From positions 1 to 64,000 of the forward strand of contig CAWHWQ010000005.1 of the NCBI GenBank assembly GCA_963833095.1: a stretch of DNA of 64,000 nucleotides, in the 5' to 3' direction. This DNA comes from Vulcanimicrobiota bacterium. GTDB lineage: Bacteria; Vulcanimicrobiota; Vulcanimicrobiia; Vulcanimicrobiales; Vulcanimicrobiaceae. The notes under the pieces were generated by a model. The model saw only the letters and a list, made by a program, of their open reading frames with translations. It ran no database searches and had not been told where the DNA came from. The position numbers and the translations under genes were made by a program. Each line of letters starts with the position of its first letter. Within the stretch, counting starts at the first letter, position 1. Positions 25,862 through 35,482 of this stretch are shown one piece after another.

Positions 25862-27703
25862 TCACAGGTAACGGTCGAACCAGTCGAAGGTCTCCTCGTA
25901 GACGTTGCGGCGCTGTTCCCACAACCGTGGAAAGTGCGGCGAGCCCGGATAGGTGACCATGCGCGCCGTTTTGCCCAACTCGCGTAAGTAAATGAAATAT
26001 TCCCGTCCTTGAAAGGTCGGAACGCGCACGTCGGCATCGCCGTGGAGAATCAGCAATGGCGTGGTGACGCGATCGGCGAACATGATCGGAGAGAACTGCA
26101 GAAACACTTGTGGATCTGCGATGTGACTGCGCGCGTCGTAGTCGATCTGCGCGATGTCGCTGGTCGGAATAAAGCTCAGCAAATCGGTGATGCCCGCGCC
26201 TTCGACGGCTGCCCGGTAGCGCTGCGTCTGCGTCAGGGTCCATGCAGTCATGAAACCGCCCGCACTCCAGCCGAACATGCCGAGCCGGTGCGGATCGGCC
26301 CACCCTTGCGCCACCGCATAATCCGTTGCGCTGTCGACGTCGGCGAACGCGCGGTCGCCGAAATGCTGGTAGACGTCGGCGGTAAAGGCGGAGTTGACGC
26401 CGGTGGAACCGCGATATTCCGGCTGCATCACGACGTATCCGCGGGCGGCGAGCATTTGCGCCCGTACACCAAGATCGAGCAGGTCGTTGAACTCGGGGCC
26501 GCCGTGTGGAACGTTAACGAACGGATACTTCTTGCCGGCAACGTATCCCGGCGGAAACGTCACGATGCCGGTCAACGGCGTTTGCGGACCCATCCAGTGG
26601 GCGACCTCGACGCGTCCGAGCGCCGTGTGCGCGAGCAGCGCGTCGCCCTCGTGCGTGATCCGCGCGAGCGACGACGAGCGAAGCACCGCCACATTGTCCG
26701 CGTGCGTCGGATCGGAGACCGTAAACGCGAGCCGCTCAGACGCGCCGGCAAACGGCGAGAACACCGGCAATTCCTCCACGCTGCCGCCCGGCAGCGTAGC
26801 GATCGGTACGAGCGCGCCGTCGACGAAGCGGTCGACCTCGCCTTGCACGCCGCGCAGCACCCACACGAACAAGTCTCCGCGAACATCGGCAGCGGCAGCA
26901 AACGCCGTCGCTTGGAGATCGGGCGTACGATCGACGGGCGTGCCGCCCCCGGCGGCAACGGTGTAGACGTGTTCGGGAGTGAGCGTCGGCGTCGATGTGC
27001 TGGCAAACGCGATGGTCTTTCCACCGTCGATCCACGCAATCGAGGCCGCGCTGGCGATCTCCGCGATGCGTGTCGACCCGCTGCGCGTGCAGCGATCGAT
27101 CGATCCGCGTACGTCGTGATGCCCGACGCGCTGGCCGATCTTTCCAACTTGCGACAGCACCGCGAGCGCGCCTCCGTCGGGCGACCACGCCATCTCTTGT
27201 GCCGAGGTCACATCGCGGCACCACCACGCGCCGCCGCTCCCGTCGACGTTGACGACGTACGGCGTCGAAACATCGTTTTCGACGACGGTCCGCACGCTCT
27301 CGCGCGGGTCCTTGGGTCTGTCCGACGCGAGCGTTGCAATCCGCCTCCCGTCGGGCGAGATTGTTAGGTTGCCGACTCCCTGAGGAAGATCGGTGAGCAC
27401 GACCGGCGCGCTCTTCGACGGCGGTAGCACCGCAATCTGCCGCGCCGTGTCTCCCGCTTCGAGCGTGCCGTAGAGACCATCGTCGTGGGTAAAGCCCGAT
27501 GGCGTGAAACCCTTGGGAATGCGCAAGCGTATCGCTCCCGTGCCGTCGACGGAGACGGTCCACCACTCCTTAGCGCTCGGGCCTTTTTCGACGCCGTGCT
27601 CGACTCGATAGAGAACACGCGTGCCGTCGAAGCTGACGCTCTCCGCCGAAGCCGTGCGCAATCGCGTCCAAACGTCGGGAGTAAATGAAGGTGCGAGGAT
27701 CAC
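25862..27703 (-). CDS. S9 prolyl oligopeptidase family peptidase
   Basis: Beta-propeller repeats, HGGP, YRGSTG, GWSAGG nucleophile, HGDADVRVP, YPGSPH. Confidence 0.92.
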   Translation of the reverse strand: MILAPSFTPDVWTRLRTASAESVSFDGTRVLYRVEHGVEKGPSAKEWWTVSVDGTGAIRLRIPKGFTPSGFTHDDGLYGTLEAGDTARQIAVLPPSKSAPVVLTDLPQGVGNLTISPDGRRIATLASDRPKDPRESVRTVVENDVSTPYVVNVDGSGGAWWCRDVTSAQEMAWSPDGGALAVLSQVGKIGQRVGHHDVRGSIDRCTRSGSTRIAEIASAASIAWIDGGKTIAFASTSTPTLTPEHVYTVAAGGGTPVDRTPDLQATAFAAAADVRGDLFVWVLRGVQGEVDRFVDGALVPIATLPGGSVEELPVFSPFAGASERLAFTVSDPTHADNVAVLRSSSLARITHEGDALLAHTALGRVEVAHWMGPQTPLTGIVTFPPGYVAGKKYPFVNVPHGGPEFNDLLDLGVRAQMLAARGYVVMQPEYRGSTGVNSAFTADVYQHFGDRAFADVDSATDYAVAQGWADPHRLGMFGWSAGGFMTAWTLTQTQRYRAAVEGAGITDLLSFIPTSDIAQIDYDARSHIADPQVFLQFSPIMFADRVTTPLLILHGDADVRVPTFQGREYFIYLRELGKTARMVTYPGSPHFPRLWEQRRNVYEETFDWFDRYL

Positions 27704-28149
27704 TTTAAAATCAGTTCCCGAAACAGTTCAGTGCCCAGAACTTTTCTGTATCCATTCCGGAGCGCTCTGGCCTTGTTCTGACACTCGGTGCTACAGATTA
27801 CTTTGCTTGCAACTGCTTCTAGCGCGACTCCGTTATCTAAGGCCGCAGCCCCGTTTTTAAAGGTGATGAATAAAATGATATTGGGCTGATCTGGTGATCT
27901 TGGAGTGGCTTGGAAGACCTTGTAATCGATGATCAGCCCAGCTTTCTTCAGGGCTTCCATGGTCGGCTTCCATGTCGAATTTAGCCAATCGATGTATTCT
28001 GCAAAATGCCCGTACTCAACGGCGATGTAGTCCTCCTCCGTCACCGGGCCCTCGGTATACTGGCGATCGTCCTGGGCACGTGCATTCAGCGAAAGTGAGG
28101 CGGCTGCGAAACACATGGCTAAAACAATAGTCGTAATCGGTTTCATCAT
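27700..28149 (-). CDS. secreted hypothetical protein
   Basis: Signal peptide MKPITTIVLAMCFAAASLSLNARA; lower GC than flanks. Confidence 0.7.
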   Translation of the reverse strand: MMKPITTIVLAMCFAAASLSLNARAQDDRQYTEGPVTEEDYIAVEYGHFAEYIDWLNSTWKPTMEALKKAGLIIDYKVFQATPRSPDQPNIILFITFKNGAAALDNGVALEAVASKVICSTECQNKARALRNGYRKVLGTELFRELILK

Positions 28150-29066
28150 TTTCTCTTCTCCCGTTGTGATGTTGACGACGGCCCGGTCGTCAGAAGCTTC
28201 GCGAACCAGTGATGCGCGTAGGGTTCCTCGTTGAAGGGGGCCACTTCTTGGTATCCGGCGGCGCGATATAATGCTTGAGCTTCGTTGAGGTTGCGATTGG
28301 TTTCGAGACGTATCGTCCCAACCCCAAACTCCCGTGCGTGCGTTTCCAAGGTCTCGAGGATACGTCTTCCGACGCCGAGGCCGCGCGCGTCGGGGCGAAC
28401 CCACATGCGCTTGACGTCGCCGTCGGTTCCTTTGACTTTGAGGCCTCCGCAACCGATGGGCCGGCCGGCGAGACGCGCGATGACGAACACGCCGGAGGGC
28501 GGCGACATCTCCTGGGGACTTGCGGAGAGGGTCTGTGTGGGCTCGCAACCTGCGTCGAAACGCTCGTTGAGTTCTTGAAAGTACGCTTTGAGACACGCGC
28601 GCGCGTCGATACTGTCCGGCGGCTCCACAGCCAATCGGATGGCGGACGCGCGGATCAGGCGCTCGACCTCGGACATTGCGGATATCAAGCGTTCGCGTTG
28701 TCTGGAACTGAGGCTAGCCAGAACGGATTCCGCAAACTCGTTCGAGCGACGATCCAGCTCCATGACTTCGCGGTGTCCCTTGCGCGTCAACTCGACGCGA
28801 ACGACGCGCGCGTCATTCGCCGACGGCTGCGTCTTCACCAAGCCCTGACCTTCGAGCGATCGCAGCAGACGGCTGGCGTAGCCGGAATCGAGATCCAATC
28901 TCGCTCGCAGCTCACGCACGTCGGCGCCGTCAGGACCAACTTCGTACAAGAATCTAGCTTCGCCAAGCGAGCGTTCGCGATTCAGAAACCGGTCGGAAAG
29001 GGCCCCAATATGCTGGGTAACGGTCCTATTGAAACTTCGGAGCCGGCGCACTTGCTCGGATTCCAT
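28146..29066 (-). CDS. MarR-family HTH / GNAT acetyltransferase fusion
   Basis: LDSGYASRLLRSLE..GLV...DARV...LT.KG; VKRMWV...RGLGVG; LETN...EAQALY. Confidence 0.92.
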   Translation of the reverse strand: MESEQVRRLRSFNRTVTQHIGALSDRFLNRERSLGEARFLYEVGPDGADVRELRARLDLDSGYASRLLRSLEGQGLVKTQPSANDARVVRVELTRKGHREVMELDRRSNEFAESVLASLSSRQRERLISAMSEVERLIRASAIRLAVEPPDSIDARACLKAYFQELNERFDAGCEPTQTLSASPQEMSPPSGVFVIARLAGRPIGCGGLKVKGTDGDVKRMWVRPDARGLGVGRRILETLETHAREFGVGTIRLETNRNLNEAQALYRAAGYQEVAPFNEEPYAHHWFAKLLTTGPSSTSQREKRK

Positions 29067-29101
29067 TATCTGACTATAGTCAGATAATGATTTTCCGTCA
29101 A
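29052..29101. promoter_or_regulatory. divergent leaderless promoters sharing a perfect 26-bp palindrome
   Basis: CATTATCTGACTATAGTCAGATAATG (29064-29089); TTGACG-17-TATAGT on minus, TTGCTC-17-TATAGT on plus. Confidence 0.75.
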
Positions 29102-29404
29102 GGGATGCCGTCCTGCCGATCGCCGAAGTGGACCATGCAGTGCCAAACGATCCCGATGGTTGGGACCAAGGACCAAATCCAACCTTTGATCCACGACGCT
29201 ATGGCAGCCGCGCTTCCCGGCGGTTTCTCGGTCACGACCGGCAAGTATCTGGGCATCGACGACTATCGCTGGGACAACACCAGCACGTCAGTGGCCGCCG
29301 ATATCGATTCGTTCGCCGGGTTTAGCCTACCAAACGGATTGGTCGCATTCGGCGTCGGCATCATTCACTTCTTACCGGCGCCGGCCGCGACGTCGTCGCC
29401 CTAA
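29087..29404 (+). CDS. hypothetical protein (possibly a fragment)
   Basis: 105-aa ORF starting in the palindrome; no recognisable motif. Confidence 0.35.
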   Translation: MIFRQGMPSCRSPKWTMQCQTIPMVGTKDQIQPLIHDAMAAALPGGFSVTTGKYLGIDDYRWDNTSTSVAADIDSFAGFSLPNGLVAFGVGIIHFLPAPAATSSP

Positions 29405-29414
29405 TCGAGCCCCG

Positions 29415-29825
29415 TCAACACGTGATGCAACGCACGTAGCGGGTTGCTTTCGCAAACGCCCGGATCTGCGCGTCGCGCGTCACAAGCGTTGCCCCATACG
29501 CCGCCGCCGTGGCGACCAGAAGCCGATCGGCGGGATCGCTTCCAACGCTATCGGGCAGCATCGTCGAAGCCGCAGCGATCGCCGGCGTGAGAATCGCAGT
29601 GACCACCCCTGGCCGCGAAAACAGCGTGCGCACATAGTCATCGAGCGACATAGTTATCGAGAAGCGCCGCTTCCGAACCAGTATGCCGACTTCCCACGCG
29701 GAGATCGGCGAAAGCAGTAGTTCGCCGTTTTTCGCTGCTTCATCAATAACGGACCCGAGTTTTTTCGGAACGAGCCCTTGAGAGCTCCAGATCGCGACAT
29801 GCGTGTCAAGTAAAATTGGACTCAT
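29415..29825 (-). CDS. vapC: VapC/PIN-domain toxin
   Basis: ILLDTH, SPISAWE, DPADRLLVATA, LVTRD. Confidence 0.92.
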   Translation of the reverse strand: MSPILLDTHVAIWSSQGLVPKKLGSVIDEAAKNGELLLSPISAWEVGILVRKRRFSITMSLDDYVRTLFSRPGVVTAILTPAIAAASTMLPDSVGSDPADRLLVATAAAYGATLVTRDAQIRAFAKATRYVRCITC

Positions 29826-30096
29826 CGGCCTCCCACTTTTCGCCCGTGGGACTAACGATGTCGCCTAGGACTTCGGACATTCCCTTCATCGATCCCACGA
29901 AACCGCCGGATGCCGAATGCGCAGGCACAAGACGCGCTACCGGCCTACGATGCTTGGTGATAACGATCTCAATACCGAGGCGTTCAACTTCGTCCATCAA
30001 CTCGAGACAGCGCGCCTTAAAATCGGTGGCACCAATCTCACGCGATTGGAGCATCAAGAGCGAGATTGACTTTGGCGACTTCTTCTTAGTGGTCAT
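29806..30096 (-). CDS. Phd/YefM-family antitoxin
   Basis: GATDFKARCLELMDEV....EIVITKHRRPVARLVP; true start may be 30054. Confidence 0.9.
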   Translation of the reverse strand: MTTKKKSPKSISLLMLQSREIGATDFKARCLELMDEVERLGIEIVITKHRRPVARLVPAHSASGGFVGSMKGMSEVLGDIVSPTGEKWEADESNFT

Positions 30097-30111
30097 ATCT
30101 TATGACCACTA
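30087..30111. promoter_or_regulatory. putative toxin-antitoxin operator
   Basis: TAGTGGTCATA-TCT-TATGACCACTA inverted repeat at the antitoxin start. Confidence 0.7.
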
Positions 30112-30127
30112 TATCAGTTATCGGAAC

Positions 30128-30574
30128 CTAGGCGCAAGCTTTAAGAAATGCGTCTCGTACGCGAGGCGGCAGCGGCATGCTCTTGCCCGTCCTTCGGCTG
30201 ACACAGGCAACCGTTAACGTCAGCACCGCATTGGCGACGCCGGTCGTTTCGTTGAAGAGCACGCATTTCCAACGGATACTCGACGCGCCGACCTTCTCGA
30301 TGTGCGTGCGCACGCGGAGCCAATCGCCCATGAGCGACGGCGCGTGAAAGGTCGCTTCGGCGCGAACCCGCGGTAACCAGAAGTCCAAATCGTCGAACAC
30401 CGTGTTGTACGGGAACCCGAGTTCACGAAACATTTCCATCTCCGCGTACTCCGCGTAGCGCCAATAGTTTGTAAAATAGATGATCCCGGCGATATCGCAG
30501 TCGCCCCATAGCACCTGTGAGCGCGCCTCAAAGGCGCGCGCACGCGGCGGCAGGTCATCGTGAAACTGCGGCAT
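30128..30574 (-). CDS. acyl-CoA thioesterase (4HBT/YbgC hot-dog family)
   Basis: WGDCDIAGIIYFTNY motif. Confidence 0.88.
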   Translation of the reverse strand: MPQFHDDLPPRARAFEARSQVLWGDCDIAGIIYFTNYWRYAEYAEMEMFRELGFPYNTVFDDLDFWLPRVRAEATFHAPSLMGDWLRVRTHIEKVGASSIRWKCVLFNETTGVANAVLTLTVACVSRRTGKSMPLPPRVRDAFLKACA

Positions 30575-31148
30575 GCACGTAACGCGCCAGTGGATCGACT
30601 TCGATGTTCACGCGCGAGCCGACCGGACGCGCGCCTAGCGACGTGCGCGCCAACGTCTCGGGAATCAACGCGATTTCGAACCAGTCCTCACCAACTGCGG
30701 CAACGGTGAGGCTCACGCCGTCCATGGCGATGAAGGCCTTCTCGACGATCATCGGTGCGAGCGCCGCCGGACGTTCGATGCGCACGCGCTCGCCCTGACC
30801 TTCTGCCGCGCGCGTAAGTACTGCAGCCGTCGCGTCGACATGACCGTAGACGAAGTGGCCGCCCATACGATCGCCGACGCGCAGCGAGTATTCCAGATTT
30901 ACCGCATCGCCGGCACCTAAATCGCCAAGAGTACTGCGCGCGAGCGTTTCGGGAACCACGTCAAACCAAATTCGATCGCCTTCGATACGCGTCGCGGTGA
31001 GACACACGCCGTCAACGGCAATCGAGTCCTTGACCTCCGGTACCTCATGCTCCACGCCTTCTGCGGCAATGGTCAACGTTACGCCGCCATCAGCGCCGGA
31101 TGCGCTGCTTACGACGGTTCCGCGATAGCCGATGAGTCCACTGAACAT
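30555..31148 (-). CDS. ribE: riboflavin synthase
   Basis: MFSGLI start, SIAVDGVCLT, GGHFVYGHVD, DGVSLTV, VNIEVD. Confidence 0.95.
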   Translation of the reverse strand: MFSGLIGYRGTVVSSASGADGGVTLTIAAEGVEHEVPEVKDSIAVDGVCLTATRIEGDRIWFDVVPETLARSTLGDLGAGDAVNLEYSLRVGDRMGGHFVYGHVDATAAVLTRAAEGQGERVRIERPAALAPMIVEKAFIAMDGVSLTVAAVGEDWFEIALIPETLARTSLGARPVGSRVNIEVDPLARYVHAAVSR

Positions 31149-31747
31149 TGCGGTTCGTCGTTCGCGACGGCGACCACCAATGCTTGCGAGACCACGGCGC
31201 CGGCCGCCCGCAGCACCGCGGCACAGTCTTCCAGCGTCGTTCCGGTGGTGCACACGTCGTCAACCAGCGTCACGCTGCGTCCGCGTACGAGGCCCGCGTC
31301 ACACCAAAAGCGGCCGCGCGCTGCGCGACGCTGGTCGCGCGAGCGGCCGCGCTGGGCATCGCCGCGAAGCGGCTCGATCGCGCACAGCACCGTCGCTCCG
31401 GTGCGCCGCGCCGCCACGCGGGCAAGGTATTCCACGCCGTCGATCCCGCGCACGCGTCGCCGCGCGGCCGTCGTGCGCACGGGCACCAGCAGCATCGAGG
31501 CCGAGACCATCGCGGCTAAACGTTCGCCGAGGCTTTGCGCAACGTCACGGCGTCCGTCCTTGAGCGCCAAGACCGCTCGGCGCAACTCACCGCGATACTC
31601 GCCTAGCGCGTAGACCCGCAGCGTCGGCAACGCGCGGAGAAAGGGCGGCTCATCGAGCGGAAGGCATCGCTCGCATAGTCCGATGCCGTGCGCATTGCAC
31701 CCCGCACACTGCGGCGGGAAAATGGCATCCAGAAGCGCGTGAAACAT
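31109..31747 (-). CDS. comF: ComF-family phosphoribosyltransferase-like protein
   Basis: FPPQCAGC..LCERC; LVDDVCTTGTT. Confidence 0.88.
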   Translation of the reverse strand: MFHALLDAIFPPQCAGCNAHGIGLCERCLPLDEPPFLRALPTLRVYALGEYRGELRRAVLALKDGRRDVAQSLGERLAAMVSASMLLVPVRTTAARRRVRGIDGVEYLARVAARRTGATVLCAIEPLRGDAQRGRSRDQRRAARGRFWCDAGLVRGRSVTLVDDVCTTGTTLEDCAAVLRAAGAVVSQALVVAVANDEPQCSVDSSAIAEPS

Positions 31748-31781
31748 TCACGCCTTCCATCCCACCGGAGGTCACGAATGT

Positions 31782-32489
31782 CTACCCTCGTGCGAGTTCT
31801 TCGTCGAGAATCGGTACGCCCATGTTCAGCGCTTGAACACCCAAAGCGACGCATAATTTCAAGACCGTCATGATTTCGTCGATCGTTGCTCCGTGCGCGA
31901 GCGCGGCCTTGATATGACGACGCGTACCCGGGGCATACATGTGCGTAATCGACGCGTCGAAAGCGATGCTCAATAACTCGGCGATCTTCGGTTCGAACAC
32001 ACCCCCGGCATAGATCGCGGGGCCGTAGGCCATCACCGCGTCGGTCCAGGCTGGATCGAGCGTGTAGAACGGGCTCCAGGCGTCGTTCCATTGCCCGGCG
32101 GCGCGCATCCGATCACAATTTGGCGTTGCGACGTGCTTCTCTGTTGCTGTTACGCCGGCGTTCTTCGCCTCTTCGAGAAGAATCGGCGCGCCAAGACTGC
32201 ACGTGTGAATAGATAAGAGCGACGCCATCATTAGCACGGTCAAGAGCTCGTCGCGTGTCGCACCGGCGGCAAGCGCCCTGCGGATATGAAGCCGCGTCCC
32301 ATCCGCGTTGAGGTTCGTGCATGCCACATTGAAGGCAACGCAAATCAGCTCGACGGTTTTGCGGTCGAGCGCTCCGTTCCACGGATCGTCGGTTACCTTT
32401 TCCAGCGCTGCGCTCATCTCGGGCGCCCAACGTGCCAACTGGTCGAAGGCCGCCGCGTCCCACGGCCCAGGTTCGTCCACCGTCTTCAC
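31782..32489 (-). CDS. tandem carboxymuconolactone decarboxylase (CMD/AhpD) family protein
   Basis: Two repeats of K..EL...A......G.R.HI..AL..GAT.DE. Confidence 0.85.
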   Translation of the reverse strand: MKTVDEPGPWDAAAFDQLARWAPEMSAALEKVTDDPWNGALDRKTVELICVAFNVACTNLNADGTRLHIRRALAAGATRDELLTVLMMASLLSIHTCSLGAPILLEEAKNAGVTATEKHVATPNCDRMRAAGQWNDAWSPFYTLDPAWTDAVMAYGPAIYAGGVFEPKIAELLSIAFDASITHMYAPGTRRHIKAALAHGATIDEIMTVLKLCVALGVQALNMGVPILDEELARG

Positions 32490-33604
32490 GCCAGCATGTG
32501 TCCGTCGGAGCCCGCAAAGACGGTCTCGCGCAGTTTGCCGTCCGACTTGTGAACCAAGAAGCCTTGATGTCCCGCCTCGCGATTTGGCGGGAGGCCGAGA
32601 TTTGCGAGCGTCTCTTCGACCGAGTTGTACGTCACGCCGATCTTGAGCATCTGCCGTGCCTGCTCGGGGGTAGCGATGTCGCGGCCGATCAAGCGCGCCA
32701 TTTGCACGTGCTTCTGGATCATTTGAACGGTATTTGCCCGGACGCCCTTTTTGACGTCCCAAAGATTATCCTCGATACCGGCGCGTGTATGCTGTCCAAG
32801 CGCGATCATCATCATCGAGATCGGGTACGTCAAGCGAAACGTGGTTTGATACGTAAAGAACGAGCCGTGCGGCGTTCTGCGCACGAGTTCCATGAGGTCG
32901 AACGGGTTTGCCCCGCAGATTCCGCCGCCCCCGGTGCTGAAGAATCCATTCATCGGCCCCATGTACTCGCCTCGGCGAACCATTCGCTCCACCAGTTCGA
33001 GCCCATGGATGTGTGGTAGCGCGAAGTACGGCTGTATCCCGTGCTCAACGCAGAGCCGGGTCTCTTCGACATAGAAGTCCGGAGTCGCATCGGCGACCAT
33101 GTTCGAAATCCCGTGCATCGCGTCTTCGTTGCAAAGGCGCGTCCCCTCGAACGCATCCATCGGATGCAACGCGGTCAAGTCGTAGAGTGAGGTGCCGCAC
33201 GATACCGTTATCTGATCTGGTTTGGGATCGATAGTCACCAGCTTGTGCCGCTGTTCGTACGTGCCGAAGGCACCGACCTCGCCCGGCTCTGGCGCAAATG
33301 AGATCGACCCGCCGACCTGGAGGATCATCTTCGGCACAGCTTCGCGGACGCGCGCGATCTGCTCGCCGTACTCTTTAAAGTTCTTCGAGATGTGCCCCGT
33401 CTTGGGATCGCGGACATGAATGTGCAAGAGCGTTGCGCCCGCGTTGTAACAGTCCACGGCCGCTTGAACTTGCTCGTCCCAGGTAAGGGGTATGTAACCG
33501 GGCGGCCCGTCTTGTGGCATCCACATCGGCCCATACGGGGCTGCCGTGATCATGAGCGGGGCCATGTTCTCGGGAAGAAGCGAATCGTCAGTAAAATATG
33601 CCAT
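32486..33604 (-). CDS. beta-keto acid cleavage enzyme (BKACE/DUF849)
   Basis: MITAAPYG, AGAT.LHIHVRD, RAGIEDN, IATPEQAR. Confidence 0.9.
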   Translation of the reverse strand: MAYFTDDSLLPENMAPLMITAAPYGPMWMPQDGPPGYIPLTWDEQVQAAVDCYNAGATLLHIHVRDPKTGHISKNFKEYGEQIARVREAVPKMILQVGGSISFAPEPGEVGAFGTYEQRHKLVTIDPKPDQITVSCGTSLYDLTALHPMDAFEGTRLCNEDAMHGISNMVADATPDFYVEETRLCVEHGIQPYFALPHIHGLELVERMVRRGEYMGPMNGFFSTGGGGICGANPFDLMELVRRTPHGSFFTYQTTFRLTYPISMMMIALGQHTRAGIEDNLWDVKKGVRANTVQMIQKHVQMARLIGRDIATPEQARQMLKIGVTYNSVEETLANLGLPPNREAGHQGFLVHKSDGKLRETVFAGSDGHMLA

Positions 33605-33696
33605 GGTTTTCCTCTTTAAGCGGCCTGCGTCGCAACTATGCTAAGCCTAAATAGGGAGAATCTGCTATCCGAGTTTCGCAAGGCGTTCCTGGGACG

Positions 33697-34719
33697 CTAG
33701 ACTGCCGCGACGGCGACGATGTCTCCGTTAACCTCGGTTCCCGCGCTGACATGCGTATCCTTGCCGACGATTGCGCCGCGCAGATGCGCTCCGGCGCCGA
33801 TCGTGCTCTCTTCCCAGACGATGCTCGCTTCGATAATCGCGCCGGCTTCGACGACCGTGCCGTCGCCGATTACCGATGGCCCGATAATGCGCACGCGCTC
33901 GCCGATGCGGGCCTGCGCGCCGATCCACACATTTGCATCAATCGCTGCGCTGGGAGAAATGCGCGCGCTCGGATCAGCGCCGTTCGCGCGCGTGTCCGGA
34001 ATGCGAAACGCGCCGTTGACAACGTCGGCGCTGGCGCGCCGGTATTCACCCGGCGTACCGATATCGCACCAATACGCGCCGCGCGCGTCGTAACCGTAGA
34101 ACGGCAAGCCGTCGCGCAGCAATTCTGGAAAAACTTGCTTGCCGAAATCGTAGAACGTGTCCGCGGGGATGCACTCGAAGATCTGCGGTGAGAAGACGTA
34201 GATGCCGGTATTCACCGCTTTGCTGCGCTCGGTTCCGGGCACGGGCTTTTCTTGAAAGCCCGTGATGCGGCCGTCGGGATCGGTCACCACGACGCCGTAT
34301 TGATCCACCGCATCGCGCGTCACCAAACCAATCGTTGCAACGGCGTGCTTGGCTTCGTGCATCGCGACGATGCGGTCGAGCGGGAGATCGGTCAGATCAT
34401 CGCAGCCGACGACGACGAAGGACTCGTTGCCGAAAAATTGCGCCATCGGTTTGAGGGCGCCGGCGCTGCCCATCAAGGTCGCTTCGTGCAAATACTCCAA
34501 GCGAACGCCGAACGCCGCCCCGTCGCCGAGCGTGCTGGTAATGGCGTCGGCGAGATAGTGCACGTTGATCGCGATCTCGTCGTGTCCAAACGACTTGAGA
34601 TATTTGATAAGGTGGATCGCGTTGGGCACGCCGGCGACCGGAACGAGGGGCTTGGGTACCGTCTTGGTGAGCGGATACAGGCGCGTCGAGAGCCCGCCGG
34701 CCAAGAGCATCGCCTTCAC
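33697..34719 (-). CDS. NDP-sugar pyrophosphorylase (mannose-1-P guanylyltransferase-like)
   Basis: LLAGGLSTRLYPLT..PKPL, FQEKP, WCDIGT, hexapeptide tail. Confidence 0.9.
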   Translation of the reverse strand: MKAMLLAGGLSTRLYPLTKTVPKPLVPVAGVPNAIHLIKYLKSFGHDEIAINVHYLADAITSTLGDGAAFGVRLEYLHEATLMGSAGALKPMAQFFGNESFVVVGCDDLTDLPLDRIVAMHEAKHAVATIGLVTRDAVDQYGVVVTDPDGRITGFQEKPVPGTERSKAVNTGIYVFSPQIFECIPADTFYDFGKQVFPELLRDGLPFYGYDARGAYWCDIGTPGEYRRASADVVNGAFRIPDTRANGADPSARISPSAAIDANVWIGAQARIGERVRIIGPSVIGDGTVVEAGAIIEASIVWEESTIGAGAHLRGAIVGKDTHVSAGTEVNGDIVAVAAV

Positions 34720-35471
34720 GTATCGTTGATACCTTTCTGTCTTCGTACACCCAGCCGGTCGAGCGCAACCAGCCATATAAAATACGGGAGCGCGAGTTGA
34801 CGGCGCACGCGTTGCGGTTCACGGATCAAACGGTAGAGCCATTCGAGGCCGAGTTGGCGCCAAATCATCGGCGCGCGTTTTACGCGACCGCTGACCACGT
34901 CGAGCGAGCCGCCGATTCCCATTCCCACGCCGCATCCGGTCGCGCGCAGATTTCGTGACAACCACATCTCTTGCCGCGGAAAACCTAGACCAACGAAGAC
35001 GATGCGCGCGCCGCTGCTTCGAATCGCATCGACAATCGCCGGTTCCTCCTCGCTCGTGAAAAACCCGTTGCGCGTACCGGCGACGATCAATCCCGGGAAG
35101 CTGCACTCGAGAATTGCCGCGGCATCAGCGGCAACGCCTTCGGCGCCGCCAAAGAGATACACTGGGAGGCCTTCCGCAGCGGCGTGTTGGCAAAGCTTTT
35201 CCAGCAGATCGACGCCGGTGACGCGCTTTTGCAGCTTTGCGCCGCGACTCTGCGCGACAGCAAGCAACCCGACCCCGTCGCAAAGCGAGAGCGCGCTTGC
35301 ATTCACCACCGCGCGAAACGCCGCGTCATGCTGCGCGTAGACCACCATCTCGGTGCCCAGCGTCACGACTTGTGCGGCGGCGCCTTCGCTCGCGTAGTGC
35401 AGGATCGCGTCGGTCGCTTCGTCCTGATCGAGCAGGTCGAGGCGACAGCCCAGAATATCGATCGAATCCAA
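34716..35471 (-). CDS. WecB/TagA/CpsF glycosyltransferase
   Basis: DGVG, RVTGVDL, VGLGFPRQE, GIGGSLD, KRAP, LEWLYRL; start approximate. Confidence 0.9.
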   Translation of the reverse strand: MDSIDILGCRLDLLDQDEATDAILHYASEGAAAQVVTLGTEMVVYAQHDAAFRAVVNASALSLCDGVGLLAVAQSRGAKLQKRVTGVDLLEKLCQHAAAEGLPVYLFGGAEGVAADAAAILECSFPGLIVAGTRNGFFTSEEEPAIVDAIRSSGARIVFVGLGFPRQEMWLSRNLRATGCGVGMGIGGSLDVVSGRVKRAPMIWRQLGLEWLYRLIREPQRVRRQLALPYFIWLVALDRLGVRRQKGINDT

Positions 35472-35482
35472 GGTTAGCGTAC

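Noticed and set aside
29068..29075. ATCTGACT as a third copy of the cassette target duplication
   Set aside because: Only 8 of 9 bases match, no adjacent GGCTTTG end, and it is explained by the MarR palindrome
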